From Octopus sinensis (lineage: Eukaryota), in the NCBI RefSeq assembly GCF_006345805.1, contig NC_043008.1:64356001-64420000 (forward strand): a stretch of DNA of 64,000 nucleotides. Reading direction: 5' to 3'. A program made the translations under genes and the position numbers. Shown here piece after piece: positions 38,439 through 49,982 of the stretch. Every line of letters starts with the position of its first letter. Position 1 is the stretch's first letter. The notes beneath the pieces were generated by a model. The model did not search any database. It was given only the letters and a program-made list of their open reading frames with translations, and was not told the DNA's origin.

Positions 38439-39085
38439 ATGGATAAATTTTGGCACCGTGGTGTTATCAAATATCTGCAGAAAAAGGGTTTAGCCTCCAA
38501 AGGCATTCAGGTTAACATGGTTTCTACAATAGGGGATGATGCTCCAGCTTTAACAACTGTGCAAAAGTGGGCAGCTGAATTCAAGAGGGGTAGGGAGAGT
38601 GTTGAAGATGACCCCAAGGTCTGGGGGTCCTGCTACAGACACCACCTAAGAAAACATCGACCATGTTCACTACATGGTGATGGATGACAGACGTTTAAAT
38701 GTTAATCAGATGAAGTGGGGTCCTGCTTGATCTGGACATGTCTGTGGTTGCAATGGGAGCAGTGAGGGACTGTGGCTTTGAACTGGTTGAATACCCTCCA
38801 TATTCTCCTGGTTTGGCACCATCTGACTATTTTCTGTTCCCCAACATGAAAAAAACACTTGGCTGGGAAGCAGTATTAGGCAGATGATGATGTCATATCT
38901 GCTGTTGAGGACTTTTTTGAGGGACAGGATGAGAGCTTCCATACCACGGGAATCTAAGTGCTGCAACAACACCGATGGAAGAAGTGTATGGACTGCAGGA
39001 GAGATTATGTTGAAGAATAAAACACATTTGGTTGAATTTGACCATTGCATCATGGTCAGCCTATGATCTTTTCAGCCCACCCTCG
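38439..39085 (+). mobile_element. Internally deleted mariner relic retaining right TIR
   Basis: MDKFWHRGVIKYL...TVQKWAAEFKRGRESVEDDP; later PPYSPGLAPSDYFLFPNMKK...LQHRWKKC; ends CAGCCTATGATCTTTTCAGCCCACCCTCG|TA. Confidence 0.88.
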
Positions 39086-39136
39086 TACACAAACGCACGT
39101 ACACATATGTACACACACACACACACACACATATGT

Positions 39137-39519
39137 GGAGGCGCAATGGCCCAGTGGTTAGGGCAGCGGACTCGCGGTCATAGGATCGCGGTTTCGATTC
39201 CCAGACCGGGCGTTGTGAGTGTTTATTGAGCGAAAACACCGAAAGCTCCACGAGGCTCCGGCAGGGGATGGTGGTGATCCCTGCTGTACTCTTTCACCAC
39301 AACTTTCTCTCACTCTTACTTCCTGTTTCTGTTGTACCTGCATTTCAAAGGGCCGGCCTTGTCACTCTCTGTGTCACGCTGAATATCCCCGAGAACTACG
39401 TTAAGGGTACACGTGTCTGTGGAGTGCTCAGCCACTTACACATTAATTTCACGAGCAGGCTGTTCTGTTGATTTGGATCAACCGGAACCCTCGTCGTCGT
39501 AACCGACGGAGTGCTTCCA
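39137..39519 (+). mobile_element. tRNA-derived SINE (same head as the 17207-17509 copy, different tail)
   Basis: GGAGGCGCAATGGCCCAGTGGTTAG...GTTTCGATTCCC head; CACAACTTTCTCTCACTCT segment; tail ending CGTAACCGACGGAGTGCTTCC. Confidence 0.85.
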
Positions 39520-39534
39520 CACCACACACATATA

Positions 39535-40743
39535 CAAAGACATGACAAAAGTAAATAGACAACCCATAAAACATCGTTCTAACTTGTAAAGGTTTATATT
39601 TTTATGTTTCAGCTTCTATATGTAACTGTTTAATCATGCCATGTACAAAAGAAGCCTTGGAACTGTCTGAATTTCAAAGAGGTCATATTGTAGGTCATTC
39701 TGAAGGTGGACATAGCTTAAAATCGCAGAAAATTTTGTGATCTAGCTTTCTGCAGTCAACAGAGTGATTGTGCAATTCACCAGAAAGGGGAAGGAGTCCA
39801 TATTACCTCGCCCAGATCAACCAGGGCCCTCTGACAGGACCCTTCTCTTTGTAAAGAGAATTGTTGAGGATAATACTTTTTGCAAGGCCTCTGACATAGC
39901 AGAACATGTTGATGTCAGTCCCAGAACACCTGTCAGGTATCTCCACAAACTTGGTTACTATGTCAGAGTAGCAAGAAGAAAGCCATTTCTTTGACCAACA
40001 ACATCAAATGAAGAGAAGATTGGGCCAGTGAGATGGTGGAAAGGCCACTAGCATTTTAGGACACTGTTATATTCTCTGATGAGTCCAGATTTGCCGTATT
40101 TCCTGACAGTGGCCAAGTGAGGTTCTGGAGATTCTGTGATCAAGAATTTGATGTGGAAAGATTGCAGCCAACAATAAAACATGACAGCTATTCTGTGATG
40201 GTCTGGGGAGCAATTTTGAACAATGGTTGATCAGAGCTTGTGGAATGTGATGGAAACATAAACTGAGATAAATATATGTCCATATTGCAAAAAGGACTCC
40301 TTCTAATCTTCTCCAGTGGTGAAATGATTAAAGAAGACTATTTATGAAAAGTGGGGCTCCTTGTCACACGGCTAAAATGACCCAAGATTTGTTGGATGAG
40401 AATGGTATTAAAAAGTTTCCATGGCCAAGGCAGTCACAAGATATGAATTCTGTTGAACAGCTCCGAACAGGACACTTCATTAAAAGAACAAGAAAGCATC
40501 TTCAAAGCCAGATCTTTTGAGATTACTGCATGAAACTTGGCAAGAAATTCCGCAAGAGAATATATGTCATCTGAACAGTAGCATGCCTTATAGGATCCTT
40601 GCATGGAAAAATGCAAAGGGCATGTCTAGTAAATTTTGAATATTTACATTGTAACAATTTATAAATAATTTGAATGTATAATTTCACATTGAAATAAATT
40701 TTAATGATTATAAGGGTGTCTATTTACTTCTGTCATGTATGTG
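39535..40743 (+). mobile_element. Full-length decayed Tc1 (DD34E) transposon with TIRs and TA target duplication
   Basis: TIRs CATGACA(A/G)AAGTAAATAGACA(A)CCC at both ends, TA at 39533-34 and 40744-45; transposase remnants ELSEFQRGHIVG, VARRKPFL, VIFSDESRF, MVWGAI, GAPCHTAK, WPRQSQDMNSVE with stops and frameshifts. Confidence 0.92.
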
Positions 40744-41024
40744 TATATTTACACATACACACGCAGATAGAAAGAAAGAGAGAGAGAGAGAGAGAGAGGG
40801 AAAGAGGGAGAGAGAGAAAGAGGGAGAAATAGACAGATAAATGTTACAAACATAATGAGTAAGAGTATAAGGCAATGCTGAGACAATCAAGTTAATAACA
40901 CATGCAGTCAGAGAAAGAAATGCATAAGCATGAAATAGCATACATGGCAGATTCTTCATTTATTTGCGATGCTCACTCTATCGTTTTAATCCTTTGTCTC
41001 TAAATTCAATATCTTGATATTTAT

Positions 41025-41240
41025 AAGGGGGTGAGCTGTCAGAAATGTTAGCACAACGGCCGAAATGCTTAGCAGTATTTCGCCTGTCTTTACATTCTAA
41101 GTTCAAATTCCATCGAGGTCGACTTTGCTTTCATCCTTTCGGGGTTAATAAATTAAGTACCAGTTGCGTACTGGAATCGATCTAATCGACTGGCCCCTTC
41201 CCCAAAAACTTCGGGCCTTCTGCCTAGAGTTGAAAAGAAT
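41025..41240 (+). mobile_element. SINE family A copy, short-tail form
   Basis: Family A head and body; tail CTTCGGGCCTTCTGCCTAGAGTTGAAAAG. Confidence 0.8.
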
Positions 41241-41814
41241 ATCTTGACATTTGCTTGTTTCATATAAGCATAATTTCTAACGTGATTTTTATTTGAAATT
41301 TCTTGTTTTGTTGCAAATATTATAACTATTAACCTATATCAATGCAATGTGGTTTGTTTTATTCAAATTCATTTTATCTCCTTTCAATGTTTAAATTGTT
41401 ATTCATCAATGGTCAATTGTGTTATCAAAAAGATTCTGTTTATTTTCAAAGGTCAAGCTCCTGTCCAATCAATGTTAAATGTTCATTGATGATTACCCAA
41501 ATAATTATCCTGACAAAGTCTAAACTATTTATAAAGCACTGTATGTTCCAAAAGTTCACTACTGTCTGATGATCAGTAATGTGAAACACAGAACAAGAGT
41601 TTGTCAAATTTTTCAGCTTCAACAAATCACAATATTATACTTTGCAAATATATATATATATATATGGACATACATATTATATATGCATACAAATACACAC
41701 ATACCTTAAATATATAGATACATATATAGATAGATAGATATCTATATATTAAATATGTATGTCCATGTATGTGCCTGTGTATATGTATATATATATATAT
41801 ATATATATACATAA

Positions 41815-41883
<69 letters not shown>

Positions 41884-42289
41884 GCATATAAAAATAATGT
41901 GATAAATAGATGGATGTGTAGGTGTATCAAATGTCAGCATATGCAAGTAACCTTAATGGACACAGACAAACGTGTAAAGTGCTGTCTTAGATCCCTAGAT
42001 GGCAAAAAGTTCATATTTGCAAAAGTGAAAAAAAAATAATAAAGTGCAAAAGGATGGAAGATCAAAAGGAAAAAAATGCAAAAGCAATTCATGAAACAGT
42101 AAACTAACGTATAAAATGTGTAGCATATATTTTATTATTTCTAAAAGCATTAAACATTTTATCTATATACAGAGTCAAATGTCCTTTGCATATACTTACC
42201 CTCACAAACATACTCATTTCATATTCAGATATCAATCTATTGACATTTGTATTTCTGAACACACACATACACATATAAACATTTGCATA

Positions 42290-42338
42290 TATTGTTTATA
42301 TATATACATACACACACACACACATATATATATATATG

Positions 42339-42391
<53 letters not shown>

Positions 42392-42654
42392 TATATAGAT
42401 ATATATATATATGCAAAGGCATATACATATGTATGTATATGTACACATATTTATATATATGTATATGTATGTGTATGTGTGTTTCTGTGTATGTATGTGC
42501 ATATATACATACATACATATATATACACACACACATATGGATATATATTTCCGTGTGGATATATATATATTTACATATACATGTATATATGTATATATGT
42601 ATATATGTATATATATGTATATATGTATATATATGTATATATGTATATATATAA

Positions 42655-42695
<41 letters not shown>

Positions 42696-42720
42696 GTATG
42701 TATGTATATATGTATATATG

Positions 42721-42767
<47 letters not shown>

Positions 42768-43537
42768 GTATATATATATGTATGTATGTATATTATATAT
42801 ATATATGTATATATATATAAATGTATATAAAGTATATATTTAGGGAAAGGAGAGAGAGAGAGAGAGAAGAAAATTTACATATAATATATACTCACTGACA
42901 TATATGCAAATACATGACATGCATATGTAAAACACACAGGCATGAACACAGAAAACACCCACAGAAACATTTAAAGATCTATAGATGAAAGCTCCTTTCA
43001 CCCAGAAACACATGCGTATGTATGCAAGCATGTTTCCATGTGTGTTGTGCATATATATGTGAATATATGCATATATGTATGTGTATACATATATATATGT
43101 GTATGTATATACATATATATATATATAATATATTATATATATATATATATTATATATATATATATATATACATATATATATGTATCTGTATGTGTGTGTA
43201 TATATACATTTGTGTGTGCATGTGTGTGTGTTTGTATAGAACTATAGTGATGCAAACTGGAAAAGTAGAGCTTAAAATATTTGTATATGTATATTTTTAT
43301 TATTGTTGGAGCATATATATATATATATACACACTCATCTCATAAATGTATGTATTTTTTATATATATATGTAAATCCTTAAACACCCACTTGTAAAGAA
43401 TCGCAGAAGCACTCTGTATATATTTATATATAGTGCTTATAAAGTGCTATTGCTACACATACACATGAACACACACACAGACACACATGCACAAGCACAC
43501 ACACAGAAGCTCAAATACACTCACACATATGTATAAG

Positions 43538-43605
<68 letters not shown>

Positions 43606-43640
43606 CAGATAGATAGATAGATAGATAGATAGATAGGTAT
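42290..43640. repeat. Compound (TA)n/(TG)n/(GATA)n microsatellite field
   Basis: Directly visible; source of many spurious ORFs. Similar fields at 3137-3590, 9945-10310, 18250-18570, 19255-19775, 41640-41890, 45190-45362, 56490-56620 and 63620-64000. Confidence 0.95.
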
Positions 43641-44018
43641 ATGTGTACATTAACTACTTCACATAAAGGTAAATTACACACACAAACACGCAAAAACAAA
43701 GTTGAACACACTCATATACTTATGGATACTAAATAAAACGGAAGAGGGTAGTTAACAGAGGGGAAAAGCTTATTTGCTGTTAACCTGAAATTCAATAAAA
43801 AGGTAAATTTCTCTACTTCATATTATTTATAAGCATTTTTTTTTTTCAGAACCCAATACAACAATTTAGTTGAAATGTTCCATTACCAAAGTACACATAT
43901 GCTGTTCTAACATTTGATACATTGTGGCTAACATAACCAGAAATAGTTTTGTGGTACATTATGCATACATTTTACATTTAAATATGAACTTGTGCTGAGG
44001 TACATTGCAAATATACAT

Positions 44019-44406
44019 TGTGTGGTATGTAGCTTGCTAACCAGCCACATGGTTCCGGGTTCAGTCCCACTGCGTGGCACCTTGGGCAAGTGTCTTCTGC
44101 TATAGCCCCGGGCCGACCAATGCCTTGTGAGTGGATTTGGTAGACGGAAACTGAAAGAAGCCTGTCGTATATATGTATATATATATATGTATGTATGTGT
44201 GTGCGTCTGTGTTTGTCCCCCTAGCATTGCTTTACAACCGATGCTGATGTGTTTACGTCCCCGTCACTTAGCGGTTCGGCAAAAGAGACCGATAGAATAA
44301 GTACTGGGCTTACAAAGAATAAGTCCCGGGGTCGATTTGCTCGACTAAAGGTGGTGCTCCAGCATGGCCGCAGTCAAATGACTGAAACAAGTAAAAGAGT
44401 AAAAGA
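44019..44406 (+). mobile_element. CORE-type SINE family B copy
   Basis: Reverse complement of 8933-9369; head slightly truncated. Confidence 0.88.
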
Positions 44407-44580
44407 GAGAGAGTAGCAAGAAGCAAAATGTAGGGCAGCTCTATGTGTTTTGTCAGAATCAAATATAGAGAAGAAAAGTCTTGGGAGTGAGTTTAAAGTA
44501 GCAATTACACAAATGGTGAGTGTTCAAGCTTGTCCACAGACTCAAGGTCAAAGGAGTAAGATATAGAAGATAGAAGATAT

Positions 44581-45000
44581 ACTCTTTTTACTCTTTTACT
44601 TGTTGCAGTCATTTGATTGTGGCCATGCTGGAGCACTGCCTTCAGTCGAGCAAATCGATCCCAGGACTTATTATTTGTAAGCCTAGTACTTATTCTATCA
44701 GTCTCTTTTGCCGAACCTCTAAGTTACGGGGACGTAAGCACACCAGCATCGGTTGTCAGGCGATGTTGGGGCGACAAACACAGACAGACAAACTTATACA
44801 CGCAAATACATATATATATGTATATATATGCATATATACGACGGGCTTCTTTCAGTTTCCGTCTACCAAGCCACGCACAAGGCTTTGGTCAGCCTGAGGC
44901 TATTGTAGAAGACACTTTCCCAAGGTGCCACGCAGTGGGACTGAACGCGGAACCATGTGATTAGTAAGCAAGTTACTTACCACACAGCCACTCCTACGCC
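44581..45000 (-). mobile_element. CORE-type SINE family B copy
   Basis: Collinear with 8933-9369; inverted relative to 44019-44406. Confidence 0.88.
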
Positions 45001-45634
45001 TGCAGTAAACATTGGGTTTAGGTAATATAATAACATGTCTTGTATGGTGGACCATAATTGAAGTTTAAATTCTGTTATTTAAGACATATTGAATCTGTTA
45101 TTACTTCTACCACGGATGAAAGGTAGACTGACTTCAGATGGTTTTCAAATTTTCAGCATCTATTTACCGCCACCCCAACTCCTGTCCATACATACATACA
45201 TACATACATACATACATACATACATACATACATGCATACATACATACATATATACATACATACATACATACATACATACACATACACACACATACATACA
45301 TACATACATACATACATACATACATACATACATACATACATACATACACACATACATACATACTCCAGATTATAAGCTCAGGTCCAGAATATTTAATGTT
45401 TCCAGCTTGATGATACTCACTTACCATGCTTCAAGCAAACTGATAAATGTTTTTGTTCTTTGCTATGTATCAGTATTGCTTCATTACACACACCCACTTG
45501 CATTATTTGCATTTTAGCAACAACTGTAAAGTCATTTCTTGTCGTAATATATGCATATGCAATATGTTATGTAGATCAATTACTGACTATCATTTGTCCA
45601 TTTCTGTATATCTGTCTCTAGGTCTATGTGTGTA

Positions 45635-45689
<55 letters not shown>

Positions 45690-45724
<35 letters not shown>

Positions 45725-45726
45725 TA

Positions 45727-45760
<34 letters not shown>

Positions 45761-46435
45761 CGTTTTTGGATTTGGTTTGCAAGATTCTTTATATGAGTTC
45801 GTGTGTTGAAGTAAGACTATTGAAAAGGTTGCAAGATGCAAAGAAAATTTTAGGAAAATAAAAGTAAGAAATAAGTGGAAATTTTACCGGTGCGTGTGTT
45901 ACATTATAAGGCAAAAAAAGAAAATGACTCTCCCCAGATACAACAGTATATATATATATACCTGACTTCGTCTTTTGTTTTTCTGTAAATTTCAACTATG
46001 TATATATATGTATATATATATATATACTCTGCGGTGTGGGCAGCATGCGCGTATGTGTGCAAGTCGTCTGAGCGTCCATAAGTAAGAAAAAAAATGCGCT
46101 CATATACCTGTCAGTGTGAGTCGGTATACTATCCGAAGTGTACAGTATTATATATCGATTACGGTTGATCTTACCAATCGGTTTTGCGCTGGGCATTCAA
46201 AAGAGTGATAGGTAACAATCGTACTCTTTCGCCACAACTTTCTCTCACTCTTTCTTCTGTTGGTCTGCTCGCTTAGCCAGCGGGGTGGCGTCATTTGAAG
46301 GCTAAAACAATGCGAAGTGCATTGTGACCAGCGATGTGTAGCAACATCTGATAGCCTGGTCGGTCACGGTGGTGATATATATATATATATATAATATATA
46401 TATATATATTATATAGAGAGAGAGAGAGAGAGATA

Positions 46436-46471
<36 letters not shown>

Positions 46472-47078
46472 CGTTTTTGGATTTGGTTTGCAAGATTCTT
46501 TATATGAGTTCGTGTGTTGAAGTAAGACTATTGAAAAGGTTGCAAGATGCAAAGAAAATTTTAGGAAAATAAAAGTAAGAAATAAGTGGAAATTTTACCG
46601 GTGCGTGTGTTACATTAAGGCAAAAAAAGAAAATGACTCTCCCCAGATACAACAGTATATATATATACCTGACTTCGTCTTTTTTTTCTGTAAATTTCAA
46701 CTATGTATATATATGTATATATATATATACTCTGCGGTGTGGGCAGCATGCGCGTATGTGTGCAAGTCGTCTGAGCGTCCATAAGTAAGAAAAAAAATGC
46801 GCTCATATACCTGTCAGTGTGAGTCGGTATACTATCCGAAGTGTACAGTATATATATCGATTACGGTTGATCTTACCAATCGGTTTTGCGCTGGGCATTC
46901 AAAAGAGTGATAGGTAACAATCGTACTCTTTCGCCACAACTTTCTCTCACTCTTTCTTCTGTTGGTCTGCTCGCTTAGCCAGCGGGGTGGCGTCATTTGA
47001 AGGCTAAAACAATGCGAAGTGCATTGTGACCAGCGATGTGTAGCAACATCTGATAGCCTGGTCGGTCACGGTGGTGAT
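45690..47078. repeat. Tandem duplication of about 705 bp (two copies) bounded by (TA)n
   Basis: 45758-46376 matches 46469-47078, differing by eye only in small indels. Confidence 0.92.
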
Positions 47079-47254
47079 ATTATATATATATATATATATA
47101 TATAGTAAAATGAAATGAAGTATTGATTGTCTTATTGAATAGATGAAATATTGAACATCAAATATTAAGGGACTAGTATACTTTCTTGCATTATAGCAGT
47201 CTTCAAGGTCCCAGGTTGTGATATATATGTATATGCATTTATGTATATATGATA

Positions 47255-47666
47255 CTAGCAGCTAATCCCGGTTTTACCCGGTCTGTTTGGATGATGTGGC
47301 TGTGATCGTTTTCGGTTAGGTATAATCTAAAAAAAAGCGTTTGTCAACCTTATCATTTCGGATCCCCTGTTTCGATTGGAGCCCCCAACTATATGAAAAT
47401 TTCCTGACCCAACCCCGTCAGAAAACAGCTTCTAAGCAACTGGTTGTTTTAATGGCAAAACAAAGAGGGAAATTCCATTAGAAAAAGTTTTAATCGATTT
47501 TCTCGGTAAGTATGGGGGCTAGGAAAAAAATACAAACCGCATTCCAATCCATGCACCCGTCTCCATATGTGTGCCATGTTTCACATGAATCCACCCAGCC
47601 GTTTGGCTGTGAACCTCAAGACAAGAAAGAATACAACGATCGCCCATGTCCAATTTATATTATAGA
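47255..47666 (-). mobile_element. Complete 412-bp non-autonomous Helitron
   Basis: Minus strand A|TCTATAATATAAAT... 5' end; CCGG-GTAAAA-CCGG hairpin then GCTGCTAG|T 3' end; AT target, no TSD. Confidence 0.8.
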
Positions 47667-48349
47667 TATGTATGTATGTATGCATATCGTATTTATTGTG
47701 TGTGGGAGGCAGTCGGACTTCATTGGCAACATTAATATTTTTTGTCTGTGCCTCCCAACTTGCCAAATATCAGACCACCAAGCAATTCCTAAAGATGTAG
47801 TTAAAGCTCTGGTCCTGTCCTCACGTAGTGTTGCATCTAACTTCTCTTTCTTCACCAAGGTGATAGACATTTTAAATATTTTTTTCTTGATATGCTATTT
47901 TGCTTGCTCTTTTATCAACCGTCGTCACACTCTTGTAGAAACACCGCTTTATATGAAAATGTAACGACTGTGTAGAATTTGATACGTGTATGGTTATAAT
48001 TGTGTATTTATAGTATTAGATTCAATTTAGATCATTCTTGCTGACAGGTATTCATGGGTGTATCAGTTTTAGTGGAACGTTGTCAGTGAGTAACCCGTTT
48101 ATGAAATTAAATACTTACTTTCCGTTCACTGTTATATCATCAATTTTAATTAATAATATTGATGTCAACTTGGGTAGTACTTGAAACTCTTTCGTGTAAT
48201 AAATGCATTGCTATTATAGTTACCCAATTAGAAAAAGATATAAACACAGATACATATATACTCAATTATATGGATAATGGGCGAAGTTACGTTAACGATA
48301 TCAACTATCATAATAGTATTTGGGAATAAGCATCATTAGAGTGACATTC

Positions 48350-48387
48350 GTATCATAATAATAATGATGATGATAATAATAATAATG

Positions 48388-48420
<33 letters not shown>

Positions 48421-48454
48421 TAATAATAATATTAATAATAATAATAATAATAAT

Positions 48455-48510
<56 letters not shown>

Positions 48511-48726
48511 TAACAACAACAACATTTTCAAATCGGTGCTTGGGTGTTGAGTGTCTTCTACGATAAGTTAAGAACCAGGTAAGAAAGCTTATAGTTTGCG
48601 GAGACCTCGTGAAACCGCTGACAACATGTTTCAGTCCGCTCTCAAAGAATCAGACAGAGCAAGTAAGACCGAGAGCTCTGAGAAGTAAAATAATAATAAT
48701 AATAATAATAAATAATAATAATAATG

Positions 48727-48768
<42 letters not shown>

Positions 48769-48893
48769 TAATGATAATAATAATAATAATAATAATAATA
48801 ATATAATAATAATAATGATAATGATAATAATAATAAATAATAATAATAATGATAATAATAATAATATAATAATAAATAATAATAATAATGATA

Positions 48894-48940
<47 letters not shown>

Positions 48941-48979
48941 TAATAATAATGATAATAATAAAATAATAATAATAATGAA

Positions 48980-49011
<32 letters not shown>

Positions 49012-49047
49012 TAATAATAATATAATAATAATAAAAAAATAGTAATG

Positions 49048-49079
<32 letters not shown>

Positions 49080-49141
49080 TATAATTATAATAATAATAAT
49101 AATAATAATGATAATAATAATATAATAATAATATAATAATA

Positions 49142-49176
<35 letters not shown>

Positions 49177-49196
49177 AAATAATAATAATAATAATA

Positions 49197-49227
<31 letters not shown>

Positions 49228-49629
49228 TAATACTAATAATATATAATAATAATAATAATAATGATATAATAATAATAATGATAATATAATAATAAATAAT
49301 GATAATAATATAATAATAATAATATAATAATAATAATAATAATGATAATAATAATAATAATAATAAATAATAATAATAATGATAATAATAATAATAATAA
49401 TGATAATAATAATAATAATAATAATAAAAATAATATAATAATAATAATAGCAACAGCAACAACAGCACAAAAAACACAACAACAACAATAATAATAATAT
49501 TATAATAATAATAAAATAATAAAATAATAATAAATAATAATAATAATAATAATATAATAATAATAATAATAATAATAATATAATAATAATATTAATAATG
49601 ATAAAATAATATAATAATAATATTAATAA

Positions 49630-49706
<77 letters not shown>
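48350..49706. repeat. (AAT)n microsatellite field, left flank of the LINE, interrupted at 48525-48686
   Basis: Directly visible; about 1 kb of AAT units with GAT/CAA variants. Confidence 0.95.
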
Positions 49707-49982
49707 CAATTCTTTTTTATTGGCCACAAGGGCTGACACGCATGATTACATAAAGGGACAAGACAGGACGAAAGGTTACAAAGGTTTTGCCGTTTTTTTT
49801 TAAAACATCGAGTAAAAATCTTTATAACAACTTATAAAATTCAACAATGAAAAACTCCCAAAAGGGGGAGACGTCTCGAAAGGTTCCTGGTGGAAAAAAC
49901 CCTACAAAAGCCAACGGGAGCCTGGTCAAAAAAGGGGTGTAGAGAGTCCCCTTTCTTCTCCTTTTGTATTACCTTTTTGAAA

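Noticed and set aside
39137-39210. tRNA-like sequences (also 17435-17509, 9295-9369, 2462-2520, 62061-62150)
   Set aside because: They have A/B boxes but no pairing acceptor stem and continue into SINE bodies, so they are SINE heads, not tRNA genes.
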